DNA of 57,262 bases from an uncultured Oscillospiraceae bacterium (GCA_902472555.1 CABROF010000003.1:1-57262), one strand, 5' to 3'; positions 8,725 through 18,629 are shown, numbered from the stretch's first letter. Translations and numbers: made by a program. The notes: generated by a model not told the origin, from the sequence alone.

Positions 8725-9534
8725 ATGAAAAAATTTTCAATTATTACACTAATATTCATTGTACTTGGGGCAGTTCTCTTTGCTGTGCCGACCATGGCAC
8801 AGCAAACAACCTCTCCGTCTCCAACAAATATGGAAGTGTCGGAACCGTTTAATTATATTGAAAATGGCTCCTTTGAAATGGGTGACGGCGGTCAATGGGG
8901 TGCAATTCCCGGTTGGGATATGAGTCTTCCCATAGGTACCATGGATATTTATATCGGCAACTACTATTATGATGACAAAGAAAGCTTCCCCAGCGATACT
9001 TATATCGCCCTGAGAAAAGAAGCAAATCCTGACGGCGATGCTGTTTATGTAACGCAAACAATTACGGAGCTTCCCGTAGGTGTTTACGAATTTTCCGCTT
9101 GGATGTGGGCTCCCAACAATGTCGAATTTATCTCAATCGAACTTTCCTCCTCCAGCGACTATGAAGAACTCTTTTGTTATCACGGAATGAAGGGTTATGA
9201 TTCAACTGAAATTGCAGTCAAAGACGGAACACTTACAATTACGATTACTGCTGACAACGTACATAAGGATGCGGCAATGGATGCTTTAGTCGACGATCTG
9301 AAACTGATTCAGATTAAAGGCGAAGAAGCGTTTGCAACGCCTACACCCTCGCCTACACCCTCGCCTACCGCTGAGTCTACCAAAGCACCCTCTGCTGCTG
9401 TTACAGCGCACGCCAAACCTTCTGGTTCATCCAAAAACAACGGGAATCTGCTTTTGATCTTTTTATCAGTCGCAGCAGTGGCTTTCGTCGCAGTAGTAAT
9501 TCTTGCAGTTATATTGGTAAGAAAGAAGAAATAG
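8725..9534 (+). CDS. CBM/jelly-roll-like surface protein, paralog of 6870..7556, with PT linker and C-terminal TM anchor
   Basis: Signal peptide, then FNYIENGSFEMGDGGQWGAIPGW...SAWMWAPNNVE. More than half of the residues match 6870..7556 by eye. TPTPSPTPSPT linker. C-terminal LLLIFLSVAAVAFVAVVILAVILVRKKK. Confidence 0.8.
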   Translation: MKKFSIITLIFIVLGAVLFAVPTMAQQTTSPSPTNMEVSEPFNYIENGSFEMGDGGQWGAIPGWDMSLPIGTMDIYIGNYYYDDKESFPSDTYIALRKEANPDGDAVYVTQTITELPVGVYEFSAWMWAPNNVEFISIELSSSSDYEELFCYHGMKGYDSTEIAVKDGTLTITITADNVHKDAAMDALVDDLKLIQIKGEEAFATPTPSPTPSPTAESTKAPSAAVTAHAKPSGSSKNNGNLLLIFLSVAAVAFVAVVILAVILVRKKK

Positions 9535-9560
9535 CGATATCACCGATAAAACCTCGACAT

Positions 9561-9594
9561 TTTACACCATCGGCTTCACTGTCGGTGGTGTAAA
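9561..9594 (+). terminator. Hairpin downstream of 8725..9534 (possible terminator, no clean U-tract)
   Basis: TTTACACCATCG / CGGTGGTGTAAA, 12 bp including one G-U pair, 10 nt loop. Confidence 0.35.
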
Positions 9595-9894
9595 ATATAT
9601 AAAAACAACATTTCCAACGGCGTTTATTCTGAACCGAAGTCAGAATTTTTCGCACAATTCATATTCTCCGGCCAATATTACGTATTTGATCGCAATGACT
9701 GTAAAAATATTCTTCTGCAAGACAATGCCATTATGCTTCCGCCGGAAGACTCCTGCACGGATATCATAAAATATTACGGTTTTATGCCCTCCGGAATATT
9801 CAAAACAACTGATTAATAAAGAATTTCTTTTTTCATTCAGACACAAAGAATCACATTTTTGTGACATTATAAATCATTGCTGTTTGATATCCCG

Positions 9895-9924
9895 TTGACT
9901 TATAATTTTTATGGTAAATACAAT
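9895..9924 (+). promoter_or_regulatory. Putative sigma-A promoter of the SBP gene
   Basis: TTGACT (9895-9900), 18 nt, TACAAT (9919-9924), about 100 nt upstream of the ATG. Confidence 0.4.
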
Positions 9925-10030
9925 CTTTATCAGTCATGATGCATGACGTCTTTCTATTATTGTATGGGTTACATCTGGTACGATATTGTAAAAAGGTTCT
10001 TAAAAAACAGCAGGAGGTAGGAGTAAACGT

Positions 10031-11434
10031 ATGACACAAAAACAGTTCGGTTGGAAAATGAAAATCCGGTCTTGCGGCGTTCTTCTCATTGTGACCGCAC
10101 TTTTGTTCAGCGCCGCAGGCTGCGGCGGCAGAAGTACGGTCAAAGACGGAAATCTTGATCCGGATACAAATCTGGTGGATTTGAACATCTCTGGAAATAT
10201 TGTATTTACCATTAATAATGAAAGCGGAACTGAGACAGAGGGTATGGCGCCGCGGTCTTTTGCGGAAGCTTTTATGAGCGCATATCCGGGAACGACAGTT
10301 ACCGTAAGAGAGATTAAACGCGACCAATATGCGCAGCAGGTTTCAGCAGGCACCATCGGCGATGTCTTCTGGTGTGATGAGCCCATGGCAAATACCTTTC
10401 ATCTGGAGCATAACGCGATTATGCCCTTGGATGCCTATTTGAAGCCTTTAAATATCGATATCCAGCAGGTTTACAAGGGCGCGATAGACTGCGGTATGAT
10501 CGAAGGACGTTTATATATGGCGCCCCGTACAATGTCTCAGCAGACCCTGATCTATAACGTAGATGCTCTGCGGGAGGCCGGTTTTTTGTCTGAAGTCGCC
10601 GCCGGGGATGCGCTTACCTGGACGCGGTTCAGCGAGATCTGCAGGTCTTTGAATCAAAGCAATCCGGACGGTACATATACACAAGTCGGGGCTGCGATGA
10701 AAACCTGGTGGTTCCCTGTGCTGGTATCCTTTTTAGAGGGTTGGGGCGGAACTTGGGTAGATCAAGAAGAAAAACACGTCTCCTTTACTTCAGATCCGCT
10801 TGTATTTCAGGGACTCAGTGAATTATTTCAAGCCATGAACGATGGCTGGCTGTATCCGGAAGATTTAGGTTATTCCGGCGATAAAAATACTGCATACGCG
10901 AATCTGTCGGCTTACAATTACGTTTTCCGCACCTTTGGTACGATTACATGGCTGACACGGTACGGGAACGACTATGCGTCCGCCGCAATCGATTGGGATA
11001 TCTGTCCTTTTCCGCAGATGCCGGTACACAAAGTCGGCGCAGGCGCCACCGGATATGTCGTATATAACCGAACCGCGAATCCTGATACTGCCGCAGCATT
11101 TGCACTGTTCTTTTTAACGGAAGACGGCCAGCTTGCATATCATGGGCAAACAGGTGGAGAGATCCCGCTTCTGAGCACACTGTCGGAGGATCCCTTCTGG
11201 CGCGGACAGGGAACCCCTTGGCCGGAAAAAAACTATGATGCATTTATCAGCTATCCTTCCGCCACAACGCCCGCTACTGCAGTCGTACAGGTTCCGCCGG
11301 TGGTGGCGGACTTGATCTCTGACAATAATCTGAGAACACTCTTCCAGAAAATATTGGCCAATGAAATCAGCATGGAATCCGCCTTCTCTACCTTGGAAAC
11401 CCAAGCCAATGAGCTTTGGGCGCGGATATCTTAA
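10031..11434 (+). CDS. ABC transporter extracellular solute-binding lipoprotein (family 1, sugar type), orphan
   Basis: Lipobox LLFSAAGCGG. The size (467 aa) and composition are typical of sugar SBPs. GGAG lies 7 nt upstream of the ATG. No permease or ATPase gene is adjacent. Confidence 0.8.
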   Translation: MTQKQFGWKMKIRSCGVLLIVTALLFSAAGCGGRSTVKDGNLDPDTNLVDLNISGNIVFTINNESGTETEGMAPRSFAEAFMSAYPGTTVTVREIKRDQYAQQVSAGTIGDVFWCDEPMANTFHLEHNAIMPLDAYLKPLNIDIQQVYKGAIDCGMIEGRLYMAPRTMSQQTLIYNVDALREAGFLSEVAAGDALTWTRFSEICRSLNQSNPDGTYTQVGAAMKTWWFPVLVSFLEGWGGTWVDQEEKHVSFTSDPLVFQGLSELFQAMNDGWLYPEDLGYSGDKNTAYANLSAYNYVFRTFGTITWLTRYGNDYASAAIDWDICPFPQMPVHKVGAGATGYVVYNRTANPDTAAAFALFFLTEDGQLAYHGQTGGEIPLLSTLSEDPFWRGQGTPWPEKNYDAFISYPSATTPATAVVQVPPVVADLISDNNLRTLFQKILANEISMESAFSTLETQANELWARIS

Positions 11435-11484
11435 CAAATCGCATATCAGATTATCTACTATAAAAAAACCTATTCAACAGAGAA

Positions 11485-11524
11485 AAACCGTCTCAAGTGC
11501 ATATCTCATGCAGTGAGACGGTTT
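11485..11524. terminator. Bidirectional terminator between the SBP gene (+) and dnaE (-)
   Basis: AAACCGTCTCA / TGAGACGGTTT 11 bp stem with inner TGCAT/ATGCA pairing. T-rich runs lie on both sides. Confidence 0.7.
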
Positions 11525-11559
11525 CCTCTTTCATGATAAAAATCTCATTACTATCTTAT

Positions 11560-14500
11560 CTATGAAGCAGACATATCACAAAGCGCCGCAAGTTCTTCCA
11601 GGATATCCTGTGTGCATGCAATATAGCCGCCGCATAAAAGCGTTCCTGTATCTTTATTGTATACCGCCACTTCTCGATCTCCGGAAAAAAAGCGAATAAA
11701 TGCCTCCACCGGATTCTTCAGCGCCGCATCGCATCGGAATTCCAGCTTTGCCGCGGCTTCCGGCGGCACGCCGGATCCGGATTCCCGGTGAATTTTAAGA
11801 TAGCTCTCCATGATCTCAATTCTGTCCGGCAATATTTTAGGCGCTTCATCTTCCCGCAGGCTCAGGCGGCCCGTTACAACCACAAGCGCATCGTTTTTCA
11901 AAAAGCCGCCGTATTTTTCATAAATTTTCGGGAACAGGAGCAGTTCAATACTGCCGTACATGTCCTCTAAGGAGGCAAATGCCATCATCGCGTTGTTTTT
12001 TGTTGCTTTTTTCTTAACATTTGTAACAATGCCGCCGATTATTACCTGCATATTATCCTTTACATGGTCTGCCATGGAAACCGCGTATTCAGAGAAAGCT
12101 TCTTCCTCCGCACCCCCGGCCCCCCCCAAATCCGAGGTTTTCAAATTTCTGATCTGAGAGAGCGCTTCCTCATAAGGCTCCAGCGGATGACCAGACAGAT
12201 AAATTCCCAGTACCTCCTTTTCCATTGTCAGCAGCTCGCTTCTTTCATATTCCGGGATATCCGGATAACTGTCCTTTACCGAAGCAATCACATCTTCGCC
12301 GAACATTTCAAAAAATGACAGCTGCCCTTCTACCGCTTTTTTTCGTTCCGCGGAAATACTGTCGATCATTTCTTCAAATGTACACATCAGCTGTGAACGA
12401 TGCAATCCAAAAGAGGAAAATACGCCGGCTTTGATAAAGCTTTCAATACAGCGTTTATTCGAGTCCGTATCCGCGGTTCTTTCACAAAAGTCACGAAAGC
12501 TTTCAAAAAGTCCATTTTTTTGCCGTTCTGCCACAATCTGATCCACAACGCCCATACCTACATTTTTGATCGCGGCCAGCCCGAAGCGGATATTTCCGCC
12601 CGCAACGGTAAATTTTCCCGTACTGCTATTGATGTCCGGCGGCAGCACCGCAATATGCATCGCCCGGCATTCCAATATATACTGCGCAATTTTTTCCGCA
12701 CTGCCCATATAGCTGTTCATCATGGCGGCCATGAATTCAACCGGATAATATGTTTTTAAATACGCCGTCTCATAACCGACTACCGCGTAGCATGCCGCGT
12801 GTGCTTTATTGAACGCATAGCTTGCAAAGTCTGTCATCTGCTCAAAGATGCGGTCAGCCACTTCTTTTGAGACGCCTTTGCGCTGTGCGCCGGCCAAAAA
12901 GTTCACGCGTTCTTTTTCCATAACATCATGCTTCTTTTTTGCCATGGCACGGCGGACCAGATCCGATTGTCCCATGGTATATCCCGCAACATCGCGTACG
13001 ATCTGCATAACCTGTTCCTGGTATACCATACAGCCATACGTAACATTCAGGATCGGTTCCAGCAGAGGATGATCATATTTGACTTTATTTGGATTCTTTT
13101 TATTATCAATGTATTTGGGGATCTGATCCATCGGCCCGGGACGGTACAGTGCAATTCCTGCAATGATATCCTCCAGATTGTCCGGCTGCAGTTCTGTCAT
13201 AAACCGCGTCATTCCCGGACTTTCCAGCTGAAAGATTCCGGCCGTCTTTCCATCGCAGATGGTTTTATAAACCGCTGCATCCTCCATTTTCATATTATCA
13301 AAATCAATTGTGATTCCGTGATTATCCCGAATCATCTCCAATGAATCCTGTATGACGGTCAGCGTTCGCAGGCCGAGAAAATCCACCTTGAGCAGGCCGA
13401 GCTTTTCCAATGTCGTCATGGGGAACTGCGTCACAATACTGTCGCCGTTTTTCTGTACAGGTACATAGTCTGTAACCGGTTCCTTTGTCAGCACCACGCC
13501 GGCAGCGTGGGTAGAAGCATTGCGCGGCATCCCTTCTAATTGCATAGCCGTATCAAGCAAGTCCTTGACTACCGGATCGCTTTCATATTTTTGGCGAAGC
13601 TCTGTGTTCATTTCAATTGCGGCCCGAATACTGGTGGCTTTTCCCGGCGCCATGGGAATCATTTTTGCGATGACGTCCACATCTCCGTAGGGAATATCCA
13701 GCACACGACCCACATCCCGTACAGAGCCTCGGGCAGCCATCGTACCAAAGGTGATGATCTGTGCTACACGGTCTTCTCCGTATTTTTCCGTCACATAATC
13801 AATCACTTCTTTTCGTCTTTCATCACAGAAATCAATATCAAAATCCGGCATACTGATCCGTTCCGGATTTAAAAAACGTTCAAACGCCAGCTGATATTTC
13901 AGGGAGTCAATATTGGTAATTTTCAAACAATACGCCACAAGGCTGCCTGCGCCCGAACCGCGTCCCGGCCCCACCGTAATGCCATGGTCCTTTGCATATT
14001 TGATAAAATCCCAAACAATTAAGTAGTAGTCGGCATACCCCATACGATTGATGACAGACAGTTCGTATTTCAGACGTTCTTGGACCGCCTCCGGCAGGAC
14101 GGCGCCGTATCGCTGCGCCGCCCCCTCATAACACAGCTTTTTCAAATATTCCTCTGCCGTAAGACCATCCGGTTTTTGAAAGTCCGGAAGCACAGTTTTG
14201 CCGAATGTCAGTTCCACATTGCAGCGCTCCGCAATCCGGACCGTATTCTGAACGGCTTCCGGACAGCTGGCAAACAGCGCCTCCATCTCTTCCGGCGTGC
14301 GCAGATATACCTGGTCCGTGTTAAAATGCATCCGGTCCGGATCGTGATAACGCTTCCCCATCTGTACGCACATCAGGATATCCTGTGCCCGGGAGTCCTC
14401 CCGGTTGATAAAATGTACGTCATTGGTTGCAACCAGCGGAATTCCCGTTTCATCTGACAGCTTGATCAGGGCGCGATTCACGCGGATCTGGTCTTCCAGG

Positions 14501-15048
14501 CCATTGCTCTGCAGCTCCAAATAATAATTCTCTGCGCCGAAGATTCCGCGGAACCGCAGCGCCAGCTCTTTTGCGCCCGCATAATCTTCTTTCAGAAGCA
14601 GCTGCGGAAGATCGCCGCCTAAGCATGCACTGCAGCATATAATGCCTTTTGCATATTGAGAAAGCAGATCTAAATCCACCCGGGGTTTATAATAATACCC
14701 TTCGGTAAAAGCCCGGGATACAATTTTTACGAGATTATGATAACCCTCTTCATTTTCGGCAAGCAGCAGCAAATGGCCGCTGTCTCCGTCAAGATTCGCG
14801 GTTTTGTCGAACCTGGTCCGTTTTGCAGTATAGACCTCACATCCGAAAATGGGCTTGATATTTTCTTTCTTACATGCCTCATAAAAATCAATTACCCCAA
14901 ACATGACGCCATGGTCCGTAATCGCAACCGCATCCATGCCTCTTTCCGCACAAGCCTTTGCCAGCGCCTGAATTCTGCATGCACCATCCAGAAGACTGTA
15001 TTCCGTGTGCACATGGAGATGAACAAATCGGGATGTGATTTCTCCCAT
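11560..15048 (-). CDS. dnaE: DNA polymerase III alpha subunit (DnaE type)
   Basis: PHP domain FVHLHVHTEYSLLDGA. Pol III alpha core with GPGRGSGAGSLVAYCL. C-terminal OB region. The start is set at MGEITSRF (15048) after AAGGAGG. The longer ORF-track start at 15249 would overlap the upstream gene. Confidence 0.95.
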   Translation of the reverse strand: MGEITSRFVHLHVHTEYSLLDGACRIQALAKACAERGMDAVAITDHGVMFGVIDFYEACKKENIKPIFGCEVYTAKRTRFDKTANLDGDSGHLLLLAENEEGYHNLVKIVSRAFTEGYYYKPRVDLDLLSQYAKGIICCSACLGGDLPQLLLKEDYAGAKELALRFRGIFGAENYYLELQSNGLEDQIRVNRALIKLSDETGIPLVATNDVHFINREDSRAQDILMCVQMGKRYHDPDRMHFNTDQVYLRTPEEMEALFASCPEAVQNTVRIAERCNVELTFGKTVLPDFQKPDGLTAEEYLKKLCYEGAAQRYGAVLPEAVQERLKYELSVINRMGYADYYLIVWDFIKYAKDHGITVGPGRGSGAGSLVAYCLKITNIDSLKYQLAFERFLNPERISMPDFDIDFCDERRKEVIDYVTEKYGEDRVAQIITFGTMAARGSVRDVGRVLDIPYGDVDVIAKMIPMAPGKATSIRAAIEMNTELRQKYESDPVVKDLLDTAMQLEGMPRNASTHAAGVVLTKEPVTDYVPVQKNGDSIVTQFPMTTLEKLGLLKVDFLGLRTLTVIQDSLEMIRDNHGITIDFDNMKMEDAAVYKTICDGKTAGIFQLESPGMTRFMTELQPDNLEDIIAGIALYRPGPMDQIPKYIDNKKNPNKVKYDHPLLEPILNVTYGCMVYQEQVMQIVRDVAGYTMGQSDLVRRAMAKKKHDVMEKERVNFLAGAQRKGVSKEVADRIFEQMTDFASYAFNKAHAACYAVVGYETAYLKTYYPVEFMAAMMNSYMGSAEKIAQYILECRAMHIAVLPPDINSSTGKFTVAGGNIRFGLAAIKNVGMGVVDQIVAERQKNGLFESFRDFCERTADTDSNKRCIESFIKAGVFSSFGLHRSQLMCTFEEMIDSISAERKKAVEGQLSFFEMFGEDVIASVKDSYPDIPEYERSELLTMEKEVLGIYLSGHPLEPYEEALSQIRNLKTSDLGGAGGAEEEAFSEYAVSMADHVKDNMQVIIGGIVTNVKKKATKNNAMMAFASLEDMYGSIELLLFPKIYEKYGGFLKNDALVVVTGRLSLREDEAPKILPDRIEIMESYLKIHRESGSGVPPEAAAKLEFRCDAALKNPVEAFIRFFSGDREVAVYNKDTGTLLCGGYIACTQDILEELAALCDMSAS

Positions 15049-15098
15049 CGGTCTTTCTGCCTCCTTAATATTTTCGGCGCTCTCCGCAGGAAAGCGGT

Positions 15099-16850
15099 TT
15101 ATGAATATTTTATAATTTCTGTAATTTTCCGCATAACCTTTTCTTTCACACCGGCCGCCCGTTCCGCCGCCTCCATGCGGGATTTTCCTTCGGCGCCAAA
15201 ATAAATTTTGATTTTCGGCTCTGTTCCGGACGGTCTGACGCAGAACCATGCACGCGGTAATTCATAATACAGCACATTCGCTTTCGGTAGTCCGACAGCC
15301 TGTTCCTGCAAAAGCCGCCCCTCGTCATCATACGCATATGCCACATCATTTTCGATATCCTGAAAGATCACGATATTTTCAGGAATTGCCGCTGCCTTTT
15401 CTCTGCGCAGCGTCTCCATGACCTGCTGCATTTTCACGCGGCCGATTTCACCCTTTAGATTTACCGATACCTGCATTTCATAAGAATATCCATATTTCTG
15501 ATAAATCTCCTCCAGGCCGTCAAACAGGGACATATTTCGCTTTGCATATTTTGCCGCCGCTTCTGCCAGCAAAGCGCAGGAAGCAACCGCATCTTTATCT
15601 CGGGCATAAATTCCGGCCAGATAACCGTAGCTTTCCTCAAATCCGAAAAGAAAATGCTCATCGCCCTGCTCTTCCCGTAAGACAATCTGTTCTCCGATGT
15701 ATTTAAAGCCTGTAAGAACATCCGTATATGCGATTCCGTTTGCTTCACAAATTCTGCGGGCAAGCCGTGTAGACACAATGGTAGAAACAACAAACGGGTT
15801 TTCTGGCAGTGTTCCGTACTCTTTCCGGCCCGTAATGATATGCTCCAATAAAATGGCTCCGATTTGATTCCCGTTCAGCATCTCATATTCACCGCTCTGA
15901 TTGATTGCATAAGCACCGGTTCGGTCCGCATCCGGGTCTGTAGCCAGAATCAAATCCGCCCCGGTTTCTTTTGCTGTCTGAATCGCCAGTTCAAACGCAC
16001 CTGGGTCTTCCGGATTCGGTACACGGACAGTAGGAAAATCACCATCCGGAAGCATCTGAGAGGCTACATAAGAAACCTGCCGGAATCCGACTGACTCCAA
16101 AAGCGGCGGTACCCATTTCCCGCCTGCGCCATGCAGCGGCGTATAAACGATTTTGAGGCCCGCCGCATTTCTGTGCAGCAGGTCGCGGTTGACAAAAACC
16201 TTCTTTACTTCTTTATAGTAGGAGTTACGGACAGATTCATCTACAGGTTTAATTTTTCCCCGCATGGAAAAATACGTATAATCAAAACCTGCCAACTTCG
16301 TATAATCCGTCATCTGCTGAAGTGCGGCAACAATTGCTTCACAGTTCTGCGGTGACAGCTGAGCTCCGTCACTGCCGTAAACCTTATAGCCATTATATTC
16401 CTTAGGATTATGGCTGGCGGTAATCATAATTCCTGCCGCACAACGCAGCTTTCTTACAGAAAAGGATAAAACAGGAACCGGACAGATATCCGGATGAAGA
16501 TAGACTTTTATTCCGTGTCCGGCGAAAACAGAAGCCGCTTCCTGCGCAAATTCTTTCGAATAATGGCGGCTGTCATATCCGATTACAACGCCCTGTCCCC
16601 CGGTATTCTCCTGCAGCAGGCATTTGGCAATCGCGTAACTGACTTTCCTAACAACATAAATATTGATTCGGTTTGTCCCCGCTCCCATCAGTCCCCGGAT
16701 TCCCGCAGTACCAAACTCCAGCTCTTTATAAAAGCGGTCCCGGATTTCGTTTTCGTCGGACTCGATGCGCATTAATTCCATGCGCGTATTTTTATCAAAA
16801 TAAAATCTTGTACTCCATTCCGCGTAAGCCCGTTCAATTTGCTGATCCAT
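15099..16850 (-). CDS. Phospho-sugar mutase (phosphoglucomutase/phosphomannomutase family)
   Basis: Active-site loop TASHNPKEYNGYKVY. Length 583 aa, PgcA-like. AAGGAG lies upstream of the ATG. Confidence 0.9.
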   Translation of the reverse strand: MDQQIERAYAEWSTRFYFDKNTRMELMRIESDENEIRDRFYKELEFGTAGIRGLMGAGTNRINIYVVRKVSYAIAKCLLQENTGGQGVVIGYDSRHYSKEFAQEAASVFAGHGIKVYLHPDICPVPVLSFSVRKLRCAAGIMITASHNPKEYNGYKVYGSDGAQLSPQNCEAIVAALQQMTDYTKLAGFDYTYFSMRGKIKPVDESVRNSYYKEVKKVFVNRDLLHRNAAGLKIVYTPLHGAGGKWVPPLLESVGFRQVSYVASQMLPDGDFPTVRVPNPEDPGAFELAIQTAKETGADLILATDPDADRTGAYAINQSGEYEMLNGNQIGAILLEHIITGRKEYGTLPENPFVVSTIVSTRLARRICEANGIAYTDVLTGFKYIGEQIVLREEQGDEHFLFGFEESYGYLAGIYARDKDAVASCALLAEAAAKYAKRNMSLFDGLEEIYQKYGYSYEMQVSVNLKGEIGRVKMQQVMETLRREKAAAIPENIVIFQDIENDVAYAYDDEGRLLQEQAVGLPKANVLYYELPRAWFCVRPSGTEPKIKIYFGAEGKSRMEAAERAAGVKEKVMRKITEIIKYS

Positions 16851-16885
16851 ATAAAAAGCTCCTTTCTCTTATCAAGCCAAAATTT

Positions 16886-18487
16886 TCATGATCTGCCGGA
16901 TTCCGCGGCTTTCATAGATAAAAATACCACGGTGACACCCAGCAGTACGACCGCCACAACCGCTGCCAAAATATAAATTTTCATCTCACTGTTGTTGCCG
17001 GTTAAAAAGCCCGGCGCCGGCGTAACTTCGGTGCTCACCTTCTCAAAATATATGATGTCCGAATCAAACACATTCGCCAGGGAAAGAGATAATCCCGATT
17101 CCATCAGCGCAGCGCCCGTGATATGGAGTAGGTAATTTTCATTGTCCTGACTCCGGACTCGATACGTCACATTTGGATCTAAACCGATTAATTTGACGAT
17201 CTCCGTATCTCGTTCCGATTCAGGACGAAATACAAACAAAATTCCGCGGGCATTTTCCGAATCATAATACGCGCAGCCATCCCACCCGCCGCCGTCCGGT
17301 TCCGGCAGGACATGATACAGGGCCGCATTCTGAATATACGGCTGAATCACCGTTTGGTAAAGCTGCAGTTCGTCTTTAATTACGCTGGCATAACCGGCTG
17401 TGCTGCCGGCCACTTCCTTTACATTTCCCATCATGCAGCTGCGCATTGCATACAGTGGCGCATCCTGCGTAGTTCCCGCCGATAGGCTCTCATAAGAACA
17501 GGAAATTTGCGTACTTGGATAAAAATAAGAGAGCTGATAAAAATACTTCCGGAGTTCCAGCGCGCTTTGCTTCTGTCCTACGGCCTGCGTACAGTCAAAT
17601 AAAGCAGCAGGTGCATGAAATGACAGCCACTGTTTTAGCAGCAGGCTGCCGTTTTCTTTGCTTCCGGAATATGTGCCGAAAAAAATTCCGGGCGCCTGAA
17701 TCGTATCCTTTGCCGGAACCGTAAGCTCCGGCGGTTTCTGTGCGCCGATAGGATTATACGCTTTTTCATATCCCCAAAACAGGCCGTGCCGGTGATTTTC
17801 TTCGGATTCCGCCGTCCGTGCTTTCTCCCGATCAGCAAAAACCATATAGAATTTTCGGTCTTGATGAAATGCATTGGAAGCCGTGCTGCTGCCATCTAAG
17901 ATTTGTTCTGAGAGAACAGACGGCACCGGATCTGAAAACACAGTTACGCCTGTAGAAGAAAGATTTGTGATTGCAATATAATGATATAAAACATGCATCG
18001 ATTGATAAATCTGCCATGAAGAAACCATACGCAGCGTTCCATCCTCGCTCTCAAACAAGAGTACAAGCGTACGTTCATCCTCGTTTCCATACTGATTCAC
18101 CGAATCAAAACGCCAGGTAATTTCATGAATTGCCGAATCCTCCGCGTTTTGATAATAAATGGGAGAAAAAAGAACTTGCTCTTCCGTAATCCACTCAAAG
18201 GCAGCATTTTTGTCTCTTAAAGAACGCAGTACGGCCCTGCCGTTTACCGAAGCAACCGTAGCCGATAGGTCTGCACTGTCAATCACCCATTCCTGTTCAG
18301 CCGGCACAGACGGCGTAGAAGATGGTCCTGCGGAGGGCGAAGCAGTTACAGTTACGGCAGTCTCCGCGGCAGGAGCAGAACTTTTGGTTTCAGAATACGC
18401 AGAAAGCATGCGCGGACCCGCCCAGGCATACAGCAATACGGCACAGGTCAATACGATACTAAAAATCAGTTTTCCCGCCCTTTTCAT
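16886..18487 (-). CDS. Hypothetical bitopic membrane protein with N- and C-terminal TM segments and a large extracytoplasmic region
   Basis: N-terminal anchor KLIFSIVLTCAVLLYAWAG. Ser/Pro/Ala-rich linker. C-terminal IYILAAVVAVVLLGVTVVFL. The segment GILFVFRPESERDTEIVKLIGLDPNVTYRV...GAALMESGLSLSL faintly recalls GH36 C-terminal beta-sandwiches. The start is at the Met preceded by GGAGGG. Confidence 0.6.
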   Translation of the reverse strand: MKRAGKLIFSIVLTCAVLLYAWAGPRMLSAYSETKSSAPAAETAVTVTASPSAGPSSTPSVPAEQEWVIDSADLSATVASVNGRAVLRSLRDKNAAFEWITEEQVLFSPIYYQNAEDSAIHEITWRFDSVNQYGNEDERTLVLLFESEDGTLRMVSSWQIYQSMHVLYHYIAITNLSSTGVTVFSDPVPSVLSEQILDGSSTASNAFHQDRKFYMVFADREKARTAESEENHRHGLFWGYEKAYNPIGAQKPPELTVPAKDTIQAPGIFFGTYSGSKENGSLLLKQWLSFHAPAALFDCTQAVGQKQSALELRKYFYQLSYFYPSTQISCSYESLSAGTTQDAPLYAMRSCMMGNVKEVAGSTAGYASVIKDELQLYQTVIQPYIQNAALYHVLPEPDGGGWDGCAYYDSENARGILFVFRPESERDTEIVKLIGLDPNVTYRVRSQDNENYLLHITGAALMESGLSLSLANVFDSDIIYFEKVSTEVTPAPGFLTGNNSEMKIYILAAVVAVVLLGVTVVFLSMKAAESGRS

Positions 18488-18565
18488 TCGGTCCCTCCGA
18501 CTCTCACTCATACTCAGACCTGAATAGTATATAACAAATTCCTAAATAATTCAAATCAGATCATC

Positions 18566-18596
18566 AAAAAAAGGGACACGATATCCGTATCCCTTT
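18566..18596 (-). terminator. Rho-independent terminator of 18630..20507
   Basis: AAAGGGATACG / CGTGTCCCTTT stem with 1 mismatch. On the minus strand TTTTTTTGA follows. Confidence 0.7.
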
Positions 18597-18629
18597 CAAA
18601 TCCAATTATAACAGCGCGCCTTGTGATGC

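Noticed and set aside
15049-15249. N-terminal 67 aa extension of the dnaE ORF.
   Set aside because: The extension overlaps the 3' end of the phosphohexomutase gene and has no homology to DnaE. The PHP domain begins right after the Met at 15048, which is preceded by AAGGAGG.
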